Assembly (NCBI RefSeq): GCF_023055435.1
Contig: NW_025963779.1
Span: 86,676,001 to 86,740,000, forward strand
From: Haliotis rufescens
Taxonomy: Eukaryota
Direction of reading: 5' to 3'
DNA: 64,000 nucleotides
The stretch's first letter is position 1, and each line of letters opens with the position of its first letter. Of the stretch, positions 49,325 through 61,275 are shown in pieces. Below the pieces are notes generated by a model that was not told where the DNA came from, searched no databases, and saw only the letters and a list, made by a program, of their open reading frames with translations. Position numbers and translations under genes: made by a program.

Positions 49325-51143
49325 ACTGTACGATTCCGACTATATCACGAGTATACGTGTATACATCCTTATCAAACAGTAGTGATACCAAGTGTTCATG
49401 ATTAAAACTAGTGCGTGAAGACGACAGATTCGTTGTATTTCTATAACTGTACGATTCCGACTATATCACGAGTATACGTGTATACAACCTTATCAAATAG
49501 TGATGATACCAAGTGTTCATGATTAAAACTAGTGCGTGAAGACGACAGATTCGTTGTATTTCTATAACTGTACGATTCCGACTATATCACGAGTATACGT
49601 GTATACAACCTTATCAAATAGTGATACCAAGTGTTCATGATTAAAACTAGTGCGTGAAGACGACAGATTCGTTGTATTTCTATAACTGTACGATTCCGAC
49701 TATATCACGAGTATACGTGTATACAACCTTATCAAATAGTGATGATACCAAGTGTTCATGATTAAAACTAGTGCGTGAAGACGACAGATTCGTTGTATTT
49801 CTATAACTGTACGATTCCGACTATATCACGAGTATACGTGTATACAACCTTATCAAATAGTGATGATACCAAGTGTTCATGATTAAAACTAGTGCGTGAA
49901 GACGACAGATTCGTTGTATTTCTATAACTGTACGATTCCGACTATATCACGAGTATACGTGTATACAACCTTATCAAATAGTGATGATACCAAGTGTTCA
50001 TGATTAAAACTAGTGCGTGAAGACGACAGATTCGTTGTATTTCTATAACTGTACGATTCCGACTATATCACGAGTATACGTGTATACAACCTTATCAAAT
50101 AGTGATGATACCAAGTGTTCATGATTAAAACTAGTGCGTGAAGACGACAGATTCGTTGTATTTCTATAACTGTACGATTCCGACTATATCACGAGTTTAC
50201 GTGTATACAACCTTATCAAATAGTGATGATATCAAGTGTTCATGATTAAAACTAATGCGTGAAGACGACAGATTCGTTGATATTTCTATAACTGTACGAT
50301 TCCGACTATATCACGAGTATACGTGTATACAACCTTATCAAATAGTGATGATATCAAGTGTTCATGATTAAAACTAGTGCGTGAAGACGACAGATTCGTT
50401 GATATTTCTATAACTGTACGATTCCGACTATATCACGAGTATACGTGTATACAAGCTTATCAAATAGTGATGATATCAAGTGTTCATGATTAAAACTAAT
50501 GTGTGAAGATGACAGATTCGTTGATATTTCTATAACTGTACGATTCCAACTATATCACGAGTATACGTGTATACAAGCTTATCAAATAGTGATGATATCA
50601 AGTGTTCATGATTAAAACTAATGTGTGAAGACGACAGATTCGTTGATATTTCTATAACTGTACGATTCCGACTATATCACGAGTATACGTGTATACAACC
50701 TTATCAAATAGTGATGATACCAAGTGTTCATGATTAAAACTAATGTGTGAAGACGACAGATTCGTTGATATTTCTATAACTGTACGATTCCGACTATATC
50801 ACGAGTATACGTGTATAAATCCTTATCAAACAGTAATGATACCAAGTGTTCATGATTAAAACGAATGTGTGAAGACGACAGATTCGTTGATATTTCTATA
50901 ACTGTACGATTCCGACTATATCACGAGTATACGTGTATACAACCTTATCAGATAGTGATGATACCAAGTGTTCATGATTAAAACTAGTGCGTGAAGACGA
51001 CAGATTCGTTGTATTTCTATAACTGTACGATTCCGACTATATCACGAGTATACGTGTATACAACCTTATCAAATAGTGATGATATCAAGTGTTCATGATT
51101 AAAACTAATGTGTGAAGACGACAGATTCGTTGATATTTCTATA
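49325..51143. repeat. 121-bp tandem array, 15 units (118-122 bp)
   Basis: Unit starts at 49325, 49446, 49567, 49685 ... 51022. Confidence 0.97.
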
Positions 51144-52166
51144 CAACGTTTCGGTGTAAGAAATAATGCAGATGCTATTCATATGTCTTCCTGCTTTACT
51201 CACAGACATCACGTTGTGTGTAATGTGTTCATGTCGTCATATAGAAGCAGTGACATGACTGCACGATGGGTGGTGAGAGTACTATGTTTTATGTGATGAA
51301 CGTATGACATTCTAAAACACACCATTACTTACCCGAGAGAGCAGTTGAACGGCGAAAACACCCTGTAGTTATTGCTTAACCCAAAATGAAAGTGTTAAAC
51401 AAATGTTTTTGCAAAAGGGACTGGAGTTGTAGAGAGAATTTTGGTTTCAGATGCAGGTAACGTTGCTATTGCTATATAAATGGTCGTGTGGTGGTATGGT
51501 ATCAACCAAATTTCAGTGGCCACTACATGTAATTAACACATTGCAAGTGTACACTTTACACTGTAAAACGACAGACCGATATTCCAGAAAGATTTTGCCA
51601 AATTCAGATGTGTTCTGGCTCTATTTAGGATTGTTTTTTAAAATTTGTATATATTTGTATGTGTGTGTGAGAGAACTATATATGTGGGACTATATGTTGG
51701 ACTAAACCGACCAGTCGCCATGGTCAGATAACGTGTTGACACTGGTCAAACTCTGACTGACACGATACAGGCAGCTTGTACGTAACACGTAAGACGGCTT
51801 GAATCAGGATGTTCAGGACATGCCCCATCTATTGTAGATGACAGCCTCTTGTCTCACTCCGTGTAACGTGACGTAACATTATCCACGGTCTGACATCAGT
51901 ATTTAGTTACCATTTCTGCTAATGTAGCTCCACCAGACCCAAACCTGTTCCAGCATACGTCCCTTATTGAGACAGATCACTTCAGATTGATGAGTAGTCG
52001 TTTCTGATATATGTAACGCATGATGCCAAAGACGCTGAAAGGGGATATCCAGTACATCGATCAATAGTTATCAAGTTATATTCATGAATAAATGGGGTTG
52101 TGTTATATAAATATAAGCGACAAAATCCATTCCATAATTATAATAAATCATTGCGGAGAGTTAAAG

Positions 52167-52330
52167 TGAGTGAGTATGGTTTTACGCCGCTTTTATTAGC
52201 AATATTCCAGCAAAATCACGGCGGGGGACACCAGAAATAGGCTTCACACACTGTACCCATGTCGGGAATCGAACCCGGGTCTTCGGCGTGACGAGCTAAC
52301 ACTTTAACCACTCGGCTACCCGACCGCCCC
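52167..52330 (-). mobile_element. SINE family 1
   Basis: Full length with an imperfect TSD gcg(g/a)agagtta. Confidence 0.88.
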
Positions 52331-53763
52331 GCGAAGAGTTACAGGATCACTTTCAAATAGTGATCGTGCCAGGTGTTCGCGAAAAGTACGCTATCCCTTT
52401 CTTTCGTATCATGCATTACATGATTCATATTTAATAACTTCACGAACTGAAATATGTGGACTACATGGCCCGACTTGCACAAAGCGAGCTTAGTCAAACT
52501 AGGTCTCGCCAGAGCATGTTGTTAGGTTGGGATTAGAGTTAATGCAACGGTACATGGGCCAATCCAAGTTGCTATAGCTCCAGTAGATGGCGATGATATG
52601 TGCTTTCTATCATGGATTAGAGCAGGGACTTCAAAAAGAAGGCTCATTTATGAATAAATGCGACAAAACCCTTTCCATGATCACACATGATCTACAAAAG
52701 CAGACTCCACTGACCGACTATGTAGTCAGCATGTGTTTATGAATCACACTCTCAAATAGTGATGATACCAGATATTCGCTAAAAGGTGAACGTATGTATA
52801 GGGTTGTCCCTTGTCATTCGTTCGTGGTTCCCTTTCTGTTCAAGCTGATATGATGTGTTGATGTCGGGAGAACCTGAAATGATATGACAGCGAACACTGT
52901 TTTAGTAACTTTCGTAAAGTATCTAGAATGATCTGAGTGACAGTGTTCAACGCTGACGTGTATCCAGCATGTATTTGAGTTTATTTACCTTTCGGGTCCA
53001 GATAACGGGCTGACATTGCTTTGAATGCTCGATTCGGTAATTGAAATTCATGTTTAAAGTCATAACGTATCCCACCACGAATTTCGTGCGGTGCCACACA
53101 CTACCCACTGACATGACAAGAATGAATCGCAGGGATATAAATATGCATTTATGGTAATTATCTCATTTATGATATTATACACTGTGAAACATTTGTGTTT
53201 TCTACATGAAGATGACAGAACGACCCAATTACATTAATGCACTTTGTGTGTATGTTAGTCTGGATGTGAGCGAGTCATTGTCATGATAGATATCAAGAAG
53301 GTCAGTGTTATGATGGAGTATTCTAAAGCAACGGAAGAGATCGTGGGGTAGTTAAATGTGCCGTAGACAGGCTCGTCAGTGTAATATATGTCTCGTCAAC
53401 CCCCACCCCTACACCAAACCCGACCCCAACCCCACCAAACCCCCGCCACATATGATGGGGACATGACCGGATGCACGCGACATTCCTGTCATCCCCCAAA
53501 CAACTTAATGTGGCGATGTAGATGTTTGTTTAGAGTTTATTATCCCATGTCCCATGCGCATGACTTACGTAACTTATGCTGATGTAAATAAACATGACTC
53601 TTGTAACCCGAAACACATCCGTATAATTTGACGTTATATAGTTGCCCATAACGTTCATGGTGCTGTCAGGGACCACACATCACTTTGTTATATACTTCAG
53701 TGTGAAAGACTGAGTTTTCCTAAGTTGAGAAAAGTGATATTTTCATTGCAGATGGTCATTTAT

Positions 53764-53913
53764 ATAGAATACTAAACGAGCTCCCGTGTAATACCAGTTT
53801 TATAAAACGAGTGAATAGTTCAGGTATCTGACGAGCGAAAGCGAGTCAGATACCATAACTATTCACGAGTTTCATAAAATTGGTTTTACAAGGGAGCGAG
53901 TTTAGTATTTTAT
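53764..53913 (+). other. About 150-nt hairpin with three tandem GA/GA mismatches and a GCGAAAGC apex
   Basis: The two arms were base-paired by hand. Confidence 0.85.
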
Positions 53914-54085
53914 TTATTACTGGCCATTTATAACGTTTTTAGAATTATACTGTTGAGTGTGAATAGGCTGAAACCTACACGATCCACGGCATAATCCAAC
54001 TGAGTTTAACACAGTAATACTTCAAATACGTCAAAAGTTGAAACGTATGAATTTAATACCATCCAACGGTCCACCTTTAGAATTC

Positions 54086-54205
54086 AGGCGTCCGTTCCAC
54101 AAAATTATCGTAGCGTTAAGGTTATCGCAACTCATATACTTTAACTTAGACCAACTAAACGAATGTCGTCGCGCTACCGTACGATCGCCTTGTGGAACGG
54201 GGCCT
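54086..54205. mobile_element. Short MITE
   Basis: TIR aggcgtccgttccacaa / ttgtggaacggggcct. Confidence 0.7.
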
Positions 54206-54939
54206 TGCACCTCAAAGTTCACAATCACATCACAATACCCGATGACGTAATTTGTGGAATTTTGTTGCAAGATCCTTCGGCGAAACAATGCCATGTGACG
54301 TCAACCTAGCAACAAGGTTGCTGGGGTCATCCAGTGTGCATAAGCTCCTCTCAGTGATCTATTATCTCCACACGCAATGTCGTTGAATAAGCCAAGGGAT
54401 GTTGAGAGCTTTCAATATTTGTTCGTGAAACGTGTTCCGAGAGTACATAAGCACGCGTTTTGCTATTACACAATGTGTAATACAGCTGTATGTTTATTAA
54501 ACGGGTGATCTCTTCACGGGCAAGTAATAAATAAAGTTATTATCGCTTCATGGCATTTGTTATTCTCTTGACAAAGTTCCGTTATAAACTGTAAATTTCT
54601 CATTTAACTCGTCAATCGAGACCGTTCGTTTCGCAAATCGTCATTTTTGTTACTTGACCAGCATGTATTCTTTTGATTCCAACAGCGGTATCGAATTTTT
54701 CAAGAATATTTTTTAAGTTGATTTTGTATGTAATCAAATCTACATGTATTATACCGAATTTTCGCGACCCTAAATATTGATGTTACTTTTGTTAATATAT
54801 TTTGATGAATTTGCAAACACTACTACTTTTTTTTACCTGTGTGTTAGGTCGGGAGAATTTACGTTTCAAGGTTTTACATTTGTAATGAAAAAAATTATTT
54901 TTCAGAGAGACAACTACACAAAAAGTATATATAATAAAT

Positions 54940-55079
54940 AGGATATTCCATGTGTCTCGTGGAATATCATGTTTCTCTCATCTCGTGACGGGGGACAAGG
55001 AGATATACTCGTGTTAAAATCTCTGTCCCCCTGCCATTCGATGAGAGAAACATATTTCACTCGACACCTGAAATATCCT
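54940..55079 (-). other. Second hairpin of the same architecture on the opposite strand
   Basis: TC/TC mismatches on + correspond to GA/GA on -. Confidence 0.75.
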
Positions 55080-55157
55080 CTTTATATTCAGTGTTCTGGA
55101 CTGCTTACACCATGTGGCTTACCCTTTATGACACATGACTACAACCCGTGTCAATCC

Positions 55158-55305
55158 GTGCACGCCGCGTTAAGCAATATTCCAACAATATCACGGCGGG
55201 GAACACCAGAAATGGGCTTCACGCATTGTACCCATGTGTGAACTCGAACCAGGGTCTTCGATGTGACGAGCGAACGCTTTAACCACTCGCCTACCCCACC
55301 ACCCC
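55158..55305 (-). mobile_element. SINE family 1
   Basis: Reverse-complement match to the family consensus. Confidence 0.8.
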
Positions 55306-55653
55306 GATGTCATATGATTACAGTCGATATAAAATGATGACAATAGTTCATCTAACTAAATCGAAGGGGCAGGGTTGTCCCAGTCATGTGAGGCCGATTT
55401 ACGACTCTCAGGCAGAAACCATGTTTCTAGGTTTGTCAGGTTTGTCCCGTTCTCGTGGGTTTCACCAAAGTGTTAAAGGTTTAAGTTCTTCATCACTTTG
55501 TGTTTCCCTGTCACATCAAACTGACACGCCCTGATTGATAACTGAAATACTGTTCAAATCAGCGATCGACCAAACTCATTCATTAATTCGACATGATAAG
55601 GCTTAGCTTACAATCGCCCCCTTGTCTATTTCCAGGCGCCCTCCTTGATCTCA

Positions 55654-55788
55654 ATGATGTCGTCACAAGTAGTGTTGCAGCTTGGTCTGGTGGGTGTTCT
55701 ATTAGCAGCGTGTGCGCATGCGCAGAACATGACGGTCATGTGTTACTATTTTGACTGCCCATCGTACAGCAAAACCGCTCAACGCAGT
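55654..55788 (+). CDS. SOUL/HEBP2-like heme-binding protein, coding exon 1 (signal peptide)
   Basis: Acceptor tttccag| at 55635. MMSSQVVLQLGLVGVLLAACAHA-QNMTVMCYYFDCPSY. Donor gtgagt at 55789, phase 0. Confidence 0.85.
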
Positions 55789-56458
55789 GTGAGTATATAT
55801 CCCAGAAAACAACCTGCTGTTTCCATTGTCAGTGAAGAGTTTACTTCTACAGTCGATCAGACAAATTCTCAAGATTTAAATGATATTCTTCATTAAGCGT
55901 AACCAATGACTGTGGTCCGAATCCGAGATTCGTTCTGATTATATTTCCAGGTTTGTCGGCACCATAACCCTGGTTGGTTTAACAAAAGTTGTGAACATGT
56001 TAGATTGCGTCGTTTAGGACTTTCCTCCACAGCAAGATGACAAGCTGTGATATAACTGAAATACCTAAAGCCATCTCCTTCATTCATTATACTATGGTGT
56101 CCCACGTTTCTCATAAACAACCATTTACTTTTTCGACGTCATCGCCGAGTTTTCCAGGAACATGTATCTGTTGCATATATACAGTTGCATACCTCTTGAA
56201 TAAACTGAGATAAAGTGCCGGGCAAAAGAAATTTTACATCCACGTGTGGTGGTGGCTGAAACTGAAACGAACAAGAAATGGATGCTGATGTAACTGATGC
56301 GGGTATCAGCGTTACATTTTAGACCTTATGATTGCAGTGTTTCGGTGACTGTTCTCAGCCTTGTCATTTTGGAACAACGTTTGTAATCTGGTGAAATCAA
56401 ATTTTCAAGTGTATACTTTCTTTTGTCCGGTAGTTTAGAAGTCAGACTGTAGAACTTA

Positions 56459-56599
56459 GGTGAGTGAGTGAGTATGGTTTTACGCCGCTTTTAGCAATAT
56501 TCCAGCAAAATCACGGCGGGGGACACCAGAAATGGGCTTCACACATTGTACCTATGTCGGGAATCGAACCCGGGTCTTCGGCGTGACGAGCGAACGCCC
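56459..56599 (-). mobile_element. SINE family 1 with the A box deleted
   Basis: 12-bp TSD ctgtagaactta on both sides. Confidence 0.88.
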
Positions 56600-56671
56600 C
56601 TGTAGAACTTAAGACTGTATTATGAGTACATAAAACCTTTTTGTGGATAGTATTGGTTGATACGATGTTTC

Positions 56672-56824
56672 AGGGCTAGTCTCGTGGTTAAAGCGTTCGC
56701 TCGTCACGCCGAAGTTCGGGTTCGATTCCCCACATGGGTACAATGTGTGAAGCCCTTTTCTAGTGTCCCCCGCTGTGATATGGCAAGAATATTGCTAAAA
56801 GCGGCGTAAAACCACACTCACTCT
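56672..56824 (+). mobile_element. SINE family 1
   Basis: Head-to-head with the 56459 copy. Confidence 0.85.
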
Positions 56825-57036
56825 CTCTTGCTCCATCATCAGGGAAGAGATTGATCAAATACATTTTAAGGTAAAGTTCACTCGGCGGGACAAACAATAA
56901 AAAATGTTTCGAGTCTTCAAGTTCAGACACCTTGTAAATGAAAGACATAATTGCATTACGTATCGTACCAAATTATCACCTTACCTCTCATTAAACATAT
57001 ATCACAGCTCTAAAGTTTTACCTGGATGTATTACAG

Positions 57037-57166
57037 ATATATGAAGAGCGGGTGTACGCCAACGAGAGGTGGGTCGCCACTTCCGGTGACGTCAGAAACC
57101 TGGAAACGTCTCGCTTGCAGATGTTCAACAGACTGCTGTCCTATCTGAGCGGTGCTAATGTACAGA
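57037..57166 (+). CDS. SOUL/HEBP2-like, coding exon 2
   Basis: ttacag| IYEERVYANERWVAT..MFNRLLSYLSGAN, matching the SOUL motifs YExRxY..W and FxRLxxYIxGxN. Donor gtaggt, phase 1. Confidence 0.9.
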
Positions 57167-57540
57167 GTAGGTGACCTGGTGTTGCTAAAACACTGCGAAG
57201 TGTGTAAGCTGGTGTGGTTAAAATGTTCGAGAACTCGTGTTCGATTCGACACATAGGTAAAGTGCATGATATGGCTAGTATAGCTACAACCATACTCGCT
57301 CAAAATGTAGAATCTACGAAACTGGGGATCCGATGGTTACATGTTGGCCTGTCTCCACAGGTGTGTATTGTTTGCCGTGAGAACATATAATTAATTACTG
57401 CGTTAATAGTTCAGTAAAACTTTACACAGAGTCAATAAATAGAAGCAATGTGAATTCCGCGATGACGTATCTTTGCCTTACTTAAAAACGCCTTTATACG
57501 TTGATAGATGGGACAAGAAAGGATTTCAGAGTAACTTACC

Positions 57541-57798
57541 TGTTTGTTGTTTAACGCCGCACTCAGCAATATTCCAGCTATATGACTGCGGTCTGTAAAT
57601 AATCGAGTCTGGACCAGACAATCCAGGGATTGACATCATGAACATCGATCCATGCAATTGGTTACGATGACATGCATCAACCAAATCAGCGAGCCTGACC
57701 ACCCGATCCTGTTAGTCGCCTCTTACGACAAGCATAGTTGCCTTTTACGGCAAGCATGGGTTGCCGAAGACCTATTCTACCCCGGATCTTCATGGGTG
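57541..57798 (-). mobile_element. SINE-like family 2, single head, in a SOUL intron
   Basis: Full-length match to the other copies. Confidence 0.85.
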
Positions 57799-57989
57799 TA
57801 GTGAGAACGTGCAATAGATTACTGTGTCAGTAGCTGAATGAAATCTCTACACAGAGACAAGCGCGGATGGAGTCCGAAGCATACTTGAATACGCCTTTAT
57901 GGTGATAGATGGTTTCAAATGTTCCACTATCATGTACTGATGGCCACTCTAATTAATATTATGACAATGACCACATACTATGTTTTCAG

Positions 57990-58170
57990 GCAAAGCGTTG
58001 AACATTACTCTACCCTTCCTGACGAAAGTAGTTCGTGCCCCCGGATCTGACGTCACGACCGACATGACCATGTACATGTACATCCCTCTGGGCAGCCAAT
58101 CGGCCCCACCCACGCCTTCTGACCCCAAGGTCACGGTCGTGTCGAGTCCAGTCACGTATATCTTCAGCAC
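57990..58170 (+). CDS. SOUL/HEBP2-like, coding exon 3
   Basis: ttttcag| KALNITLPFLT..MYMYIP..QSAPPTPSDPKV. Donor gtgagt, phase 2. Confidence 0.9.
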
Positions 58171-58699
58171 GTGAGTTGCATACTTTCACTAACACAACTT
58201 AACATTCCATTAAATTCCATTAAGTTTCTCATGTTGTAATGATTACACAGTAGGTAGACTCGTGTACTATTGAGCGGTCTCAGAACCACGATTATCACTG
58301 ACTTGCGTTCAGGTATGGGACATTATTCAATATTTGTTTTGAGCAAGCTCAATTGTCTTTCCTGCACCGCCTTCAGTCGCATATGTTTGCGTAAAACAGT
58401 GAAGTTGCTTAACGAAATATTTTAATATTTTAATGCATACGTTTTGACTGAAAGTGATCAACAAAATATGGTTGAACGCCGAATCCAGTCACAGTACAAT
58501 AGTTCCTAGACGACACAAACCAGGGATTGGTAGCACAACAATCAATACCCGTGAAGATCCGGGTTAGAATAGGTCTTCATCTACTTTTGCCAGAAATCAA
58601 GTTTTCAAGAAATGAACAAACAATCGCTGCAGTGAGCCATTCCTCTGATATAGTAGCAATTAGGTCCATGATTAAGATGAGAGTCTTGTATTCCTTCAG

Positions 58700-58871
58700 A
58701 TCATTCGGCGGATACACTTCAAAGTCTGGAGTGAAAAAGACGCGGAAAGACTTGTTTACTGCCATCGGCGATGCTCGTCGATACGATGACAGTCACTTCT
58801 ATCTCGCCACGTACAGCAGCCCTCTACAGATGAAGAACAGGTACAACGAGCTGTGGATGGTCAGGAAATAA
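58700..58871 (+). CDS. SOUL/HEBP2-like, last coding exon
   Basis: ccttcag| SFGGY..FYLATYSSPLQMKNRYNELWMVRK*, matching the SOUL C-terminal Y.SP...NR.NE.W. The spliced CDS is 618 nt (205 aa) with all phases compatible. AATAAA at 58979. Confidence 0.92.
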
Positions 58872-59197
58872 ACACGCGGTGCTACAGAGCAACGGTTGTG
58901 TGACACAGGCACATTCACCGACGGTTGTTCCCAGTGCAGGACGTTATAAGGATGTGTTGTACAGACTGGATGTTTAACAATAAACCATATGATTGGAGGG
59001 ACACTTTCCATACCTGTTATGTGTTTTCTTGTTATGGTCTTAACGTATTCGTGTGATGATTTATTCTGGCTTGTGTGTGAATTACATACAGCTTATTTCT
59101 AACGATTTCTTTTGACATTCAATAAACATGTTTTATAACGAGTGTGTGTTCGCCTCTTCGATTCTTGTGACAACGATCGTATTGTGGCAATGGTGAA

Positions 59198-59960
59198 GAT
59201 GCCCAATCAACACAGCTGTAGATAAGGTAACAATAGATGCAGGCACAGGATGCCCAATCAACACAGCTGTAGATAAGGTAGCAATAGATGCAGGCACAGG
59301 ATGTCCAATCAACACAGCTGTAGATAAGGTACCAATAGATGCAGGCACAGGATGTCCAATCAACACAGCTGTAGATAAGGTAGCAATAGATGCAGGCACA
59401 GGATGCCCAATCAACACAGCTGTAGATAAGGTAACAATAGATGCAGGCACAGGATGTCCAATCAACACAGCTGTAGATAAGGTAGCAATAGATGCAGGCA
59501 CAGGATGCCCAATCAACACAGCTGTAGATAAGGTAACAATAGATGAAGGTATAGGATGCCCAATCAACACAGCTGTAGATAAGGTAACAATAGTTGAAGG
59601 CATAGGATGCCCAATCAACACAGCTGTAGATAAGGTAACAATAGATGAAGGCATAGGATGCCCAATCAACACAGCTGTAGATAGGTAACAATAGATGAAG
59701 GCATAGGATGCCCAATCAACACAGCTGTAGATAAGGTAGCAATAGATGCAGTCACAGGGTGCCCAATCAACACAGCTGTAGATAAGGTAACAATAGATGC
59801 AGGCATACGATACCCAATCAACACAGCTGTAGATAGGTAACAATAGATGCAGGCACAGGGTGCCAAATCAACACAGCTGTAGATAGGTAACAATAGATGC
59901 AGACACAGGATGCCCAATCAACACAGCTGTAGATAGGTAACAATAGATGCAGGCAAACGA
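59198..59960. repeat. 51-bp minisatellite, about 15 units
   Basis: gatgcccaatcaacacagctgtagataaggtaacaatagatgcaggcacag, with some 50-bp variants. Confidence 0.95.
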
Positions 59961-60684
59961 TTGTATTTTTATTGTATATCACCCACTCTCGATAAATAAT
60001 GGGATGAACAACGAAATCTTGCCAATGAATTACGGTTTGTCTTTATGTTTACATAAAACAGATACTGTTTAGTGTTTATATGAGTTTTCAACATTCTATA
60101 ATATAAAAAAATATTCGATAATGTCAACGAAAATGACCACGAATGCAGATAAATATCGTTTAGCCTCTGTAGAAAGGAAATGGTAAATACACTTTCAGAT
60201 TGTACAAATTGTTCATACCAAACATTTCAAAAATCCACTATTGAATAACAATTTGTTATCAAATAAGTCTTTCCATTCGTATCGATAACATCATCATATT
60301 GTAACATTTCTTAGGGTATATTTGGATTGGGATGAATTCATTGTAATAAGTTTCAGTCAGTACTTTATGACTTTCAGGTGTGAATATATAAATCGAGGAA
60401 ATCTACCACATTCTCCATAAACCATTGCGCTAGATGTGTTGGGTTTTACACCCAAATATTTATAGTGTGTAGTCACATTCAAACCTTCACCTTTAAAGGG
60501 CCATTTTTCATTTTAGGCAAGATTGCAACAAATTTTGAATACAATAATTTTATAACATGCGGACGGGATTAAACCCAAAAATGTACGAGAATCTGTACTT
60601 TAAATCTGTACTGAAAGTGTTATCCCAAATATAACATTTGTTACATTTGACCACTTTCTAAATGGCATTGTGTATTCACAATAC

Positions 60685-60925
60685 ATATTGTACATAGTCC
60701 TGGTGATGTCAATTTATTGCATAAAGTCCTGGTGAGACCGACATATTGCATAAAGTCCTGGTGAGACCGACATATTGCAATAAAGTCCTGGTGAGACCGA
60801 CATATTGCATTTGGTCTTGTTAAGACCGACATATTGCATATGATCGTGAGACGGGCATATTGCGCCTAATCGTGGTGAGAATGGCACATCGCAGACAGCC
60901 TTGGTGAGATCGACATATTGCATAC
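60685..60925. repeat. About 29-bp degenerate minisatellite
   Basis: atattgcataaagtcctggtgagaccgac. Relics continue at 61281-61330. Confidence 0.8.
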
Positions 60926-60974
60926 ATTCGTGAAAAGGCCCACATGCTACATAAAGGTTAGGTGAAATGGATGC

Positions 60975-61013
60975 ATGTGTGTGCGTGTGTGAATGCGTGC
61001 GTGCGTGGGTGTA

Positions 61014-61061
<48 letters not shown>

Positions 61062-61275
61062 TGTGAGCCGGTCTTTTAACATGGAAACCCCACTCAGACA
61101 CAGTATACTGACCGAGCAGACCAATCAATGAGTTATCCCCTTAATGCCGATTGCAAGCTAAAGTAACAACAAGTGCCTTCGTTTACTGTATTTTGGTATG
61201 ACGCGGCCGGAGATTGAGCCACCGAACTTGCCCTCTCCAGGCAGACGCTCTATCCACTAAAACACCGAGGCGGTC
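60975..61275 (-). mobile_element. tRNA-headed SINE, family 4, next to a (gcac)n tract
   Basis: gaccgcctcggtg..tagtggatagagcgtctgcc head followed by a ggccgcgtcataccaaa core. It interrupts the 29-bp repeat. Confidence 0.7.

Noticed and set aside
49500-49510. C/D snoRNA cluster (GTGATGA box C in most 121-bp units)
   Set aside because: There is no CTGA box D in the unit.
49325-51143. CRISPR-like array (also considered for the 52-, 51-, 44- and 42-bp repeats)
   Set aside because: Units repeat in full with no unique spacers, there are no cas genes, and the context is eukaryotic.
52579-52594. CTCF-like motif ccagtagatggcg (and gccactggtggcgc at 4646)
   Set aside because: Single short matches with no independent support.
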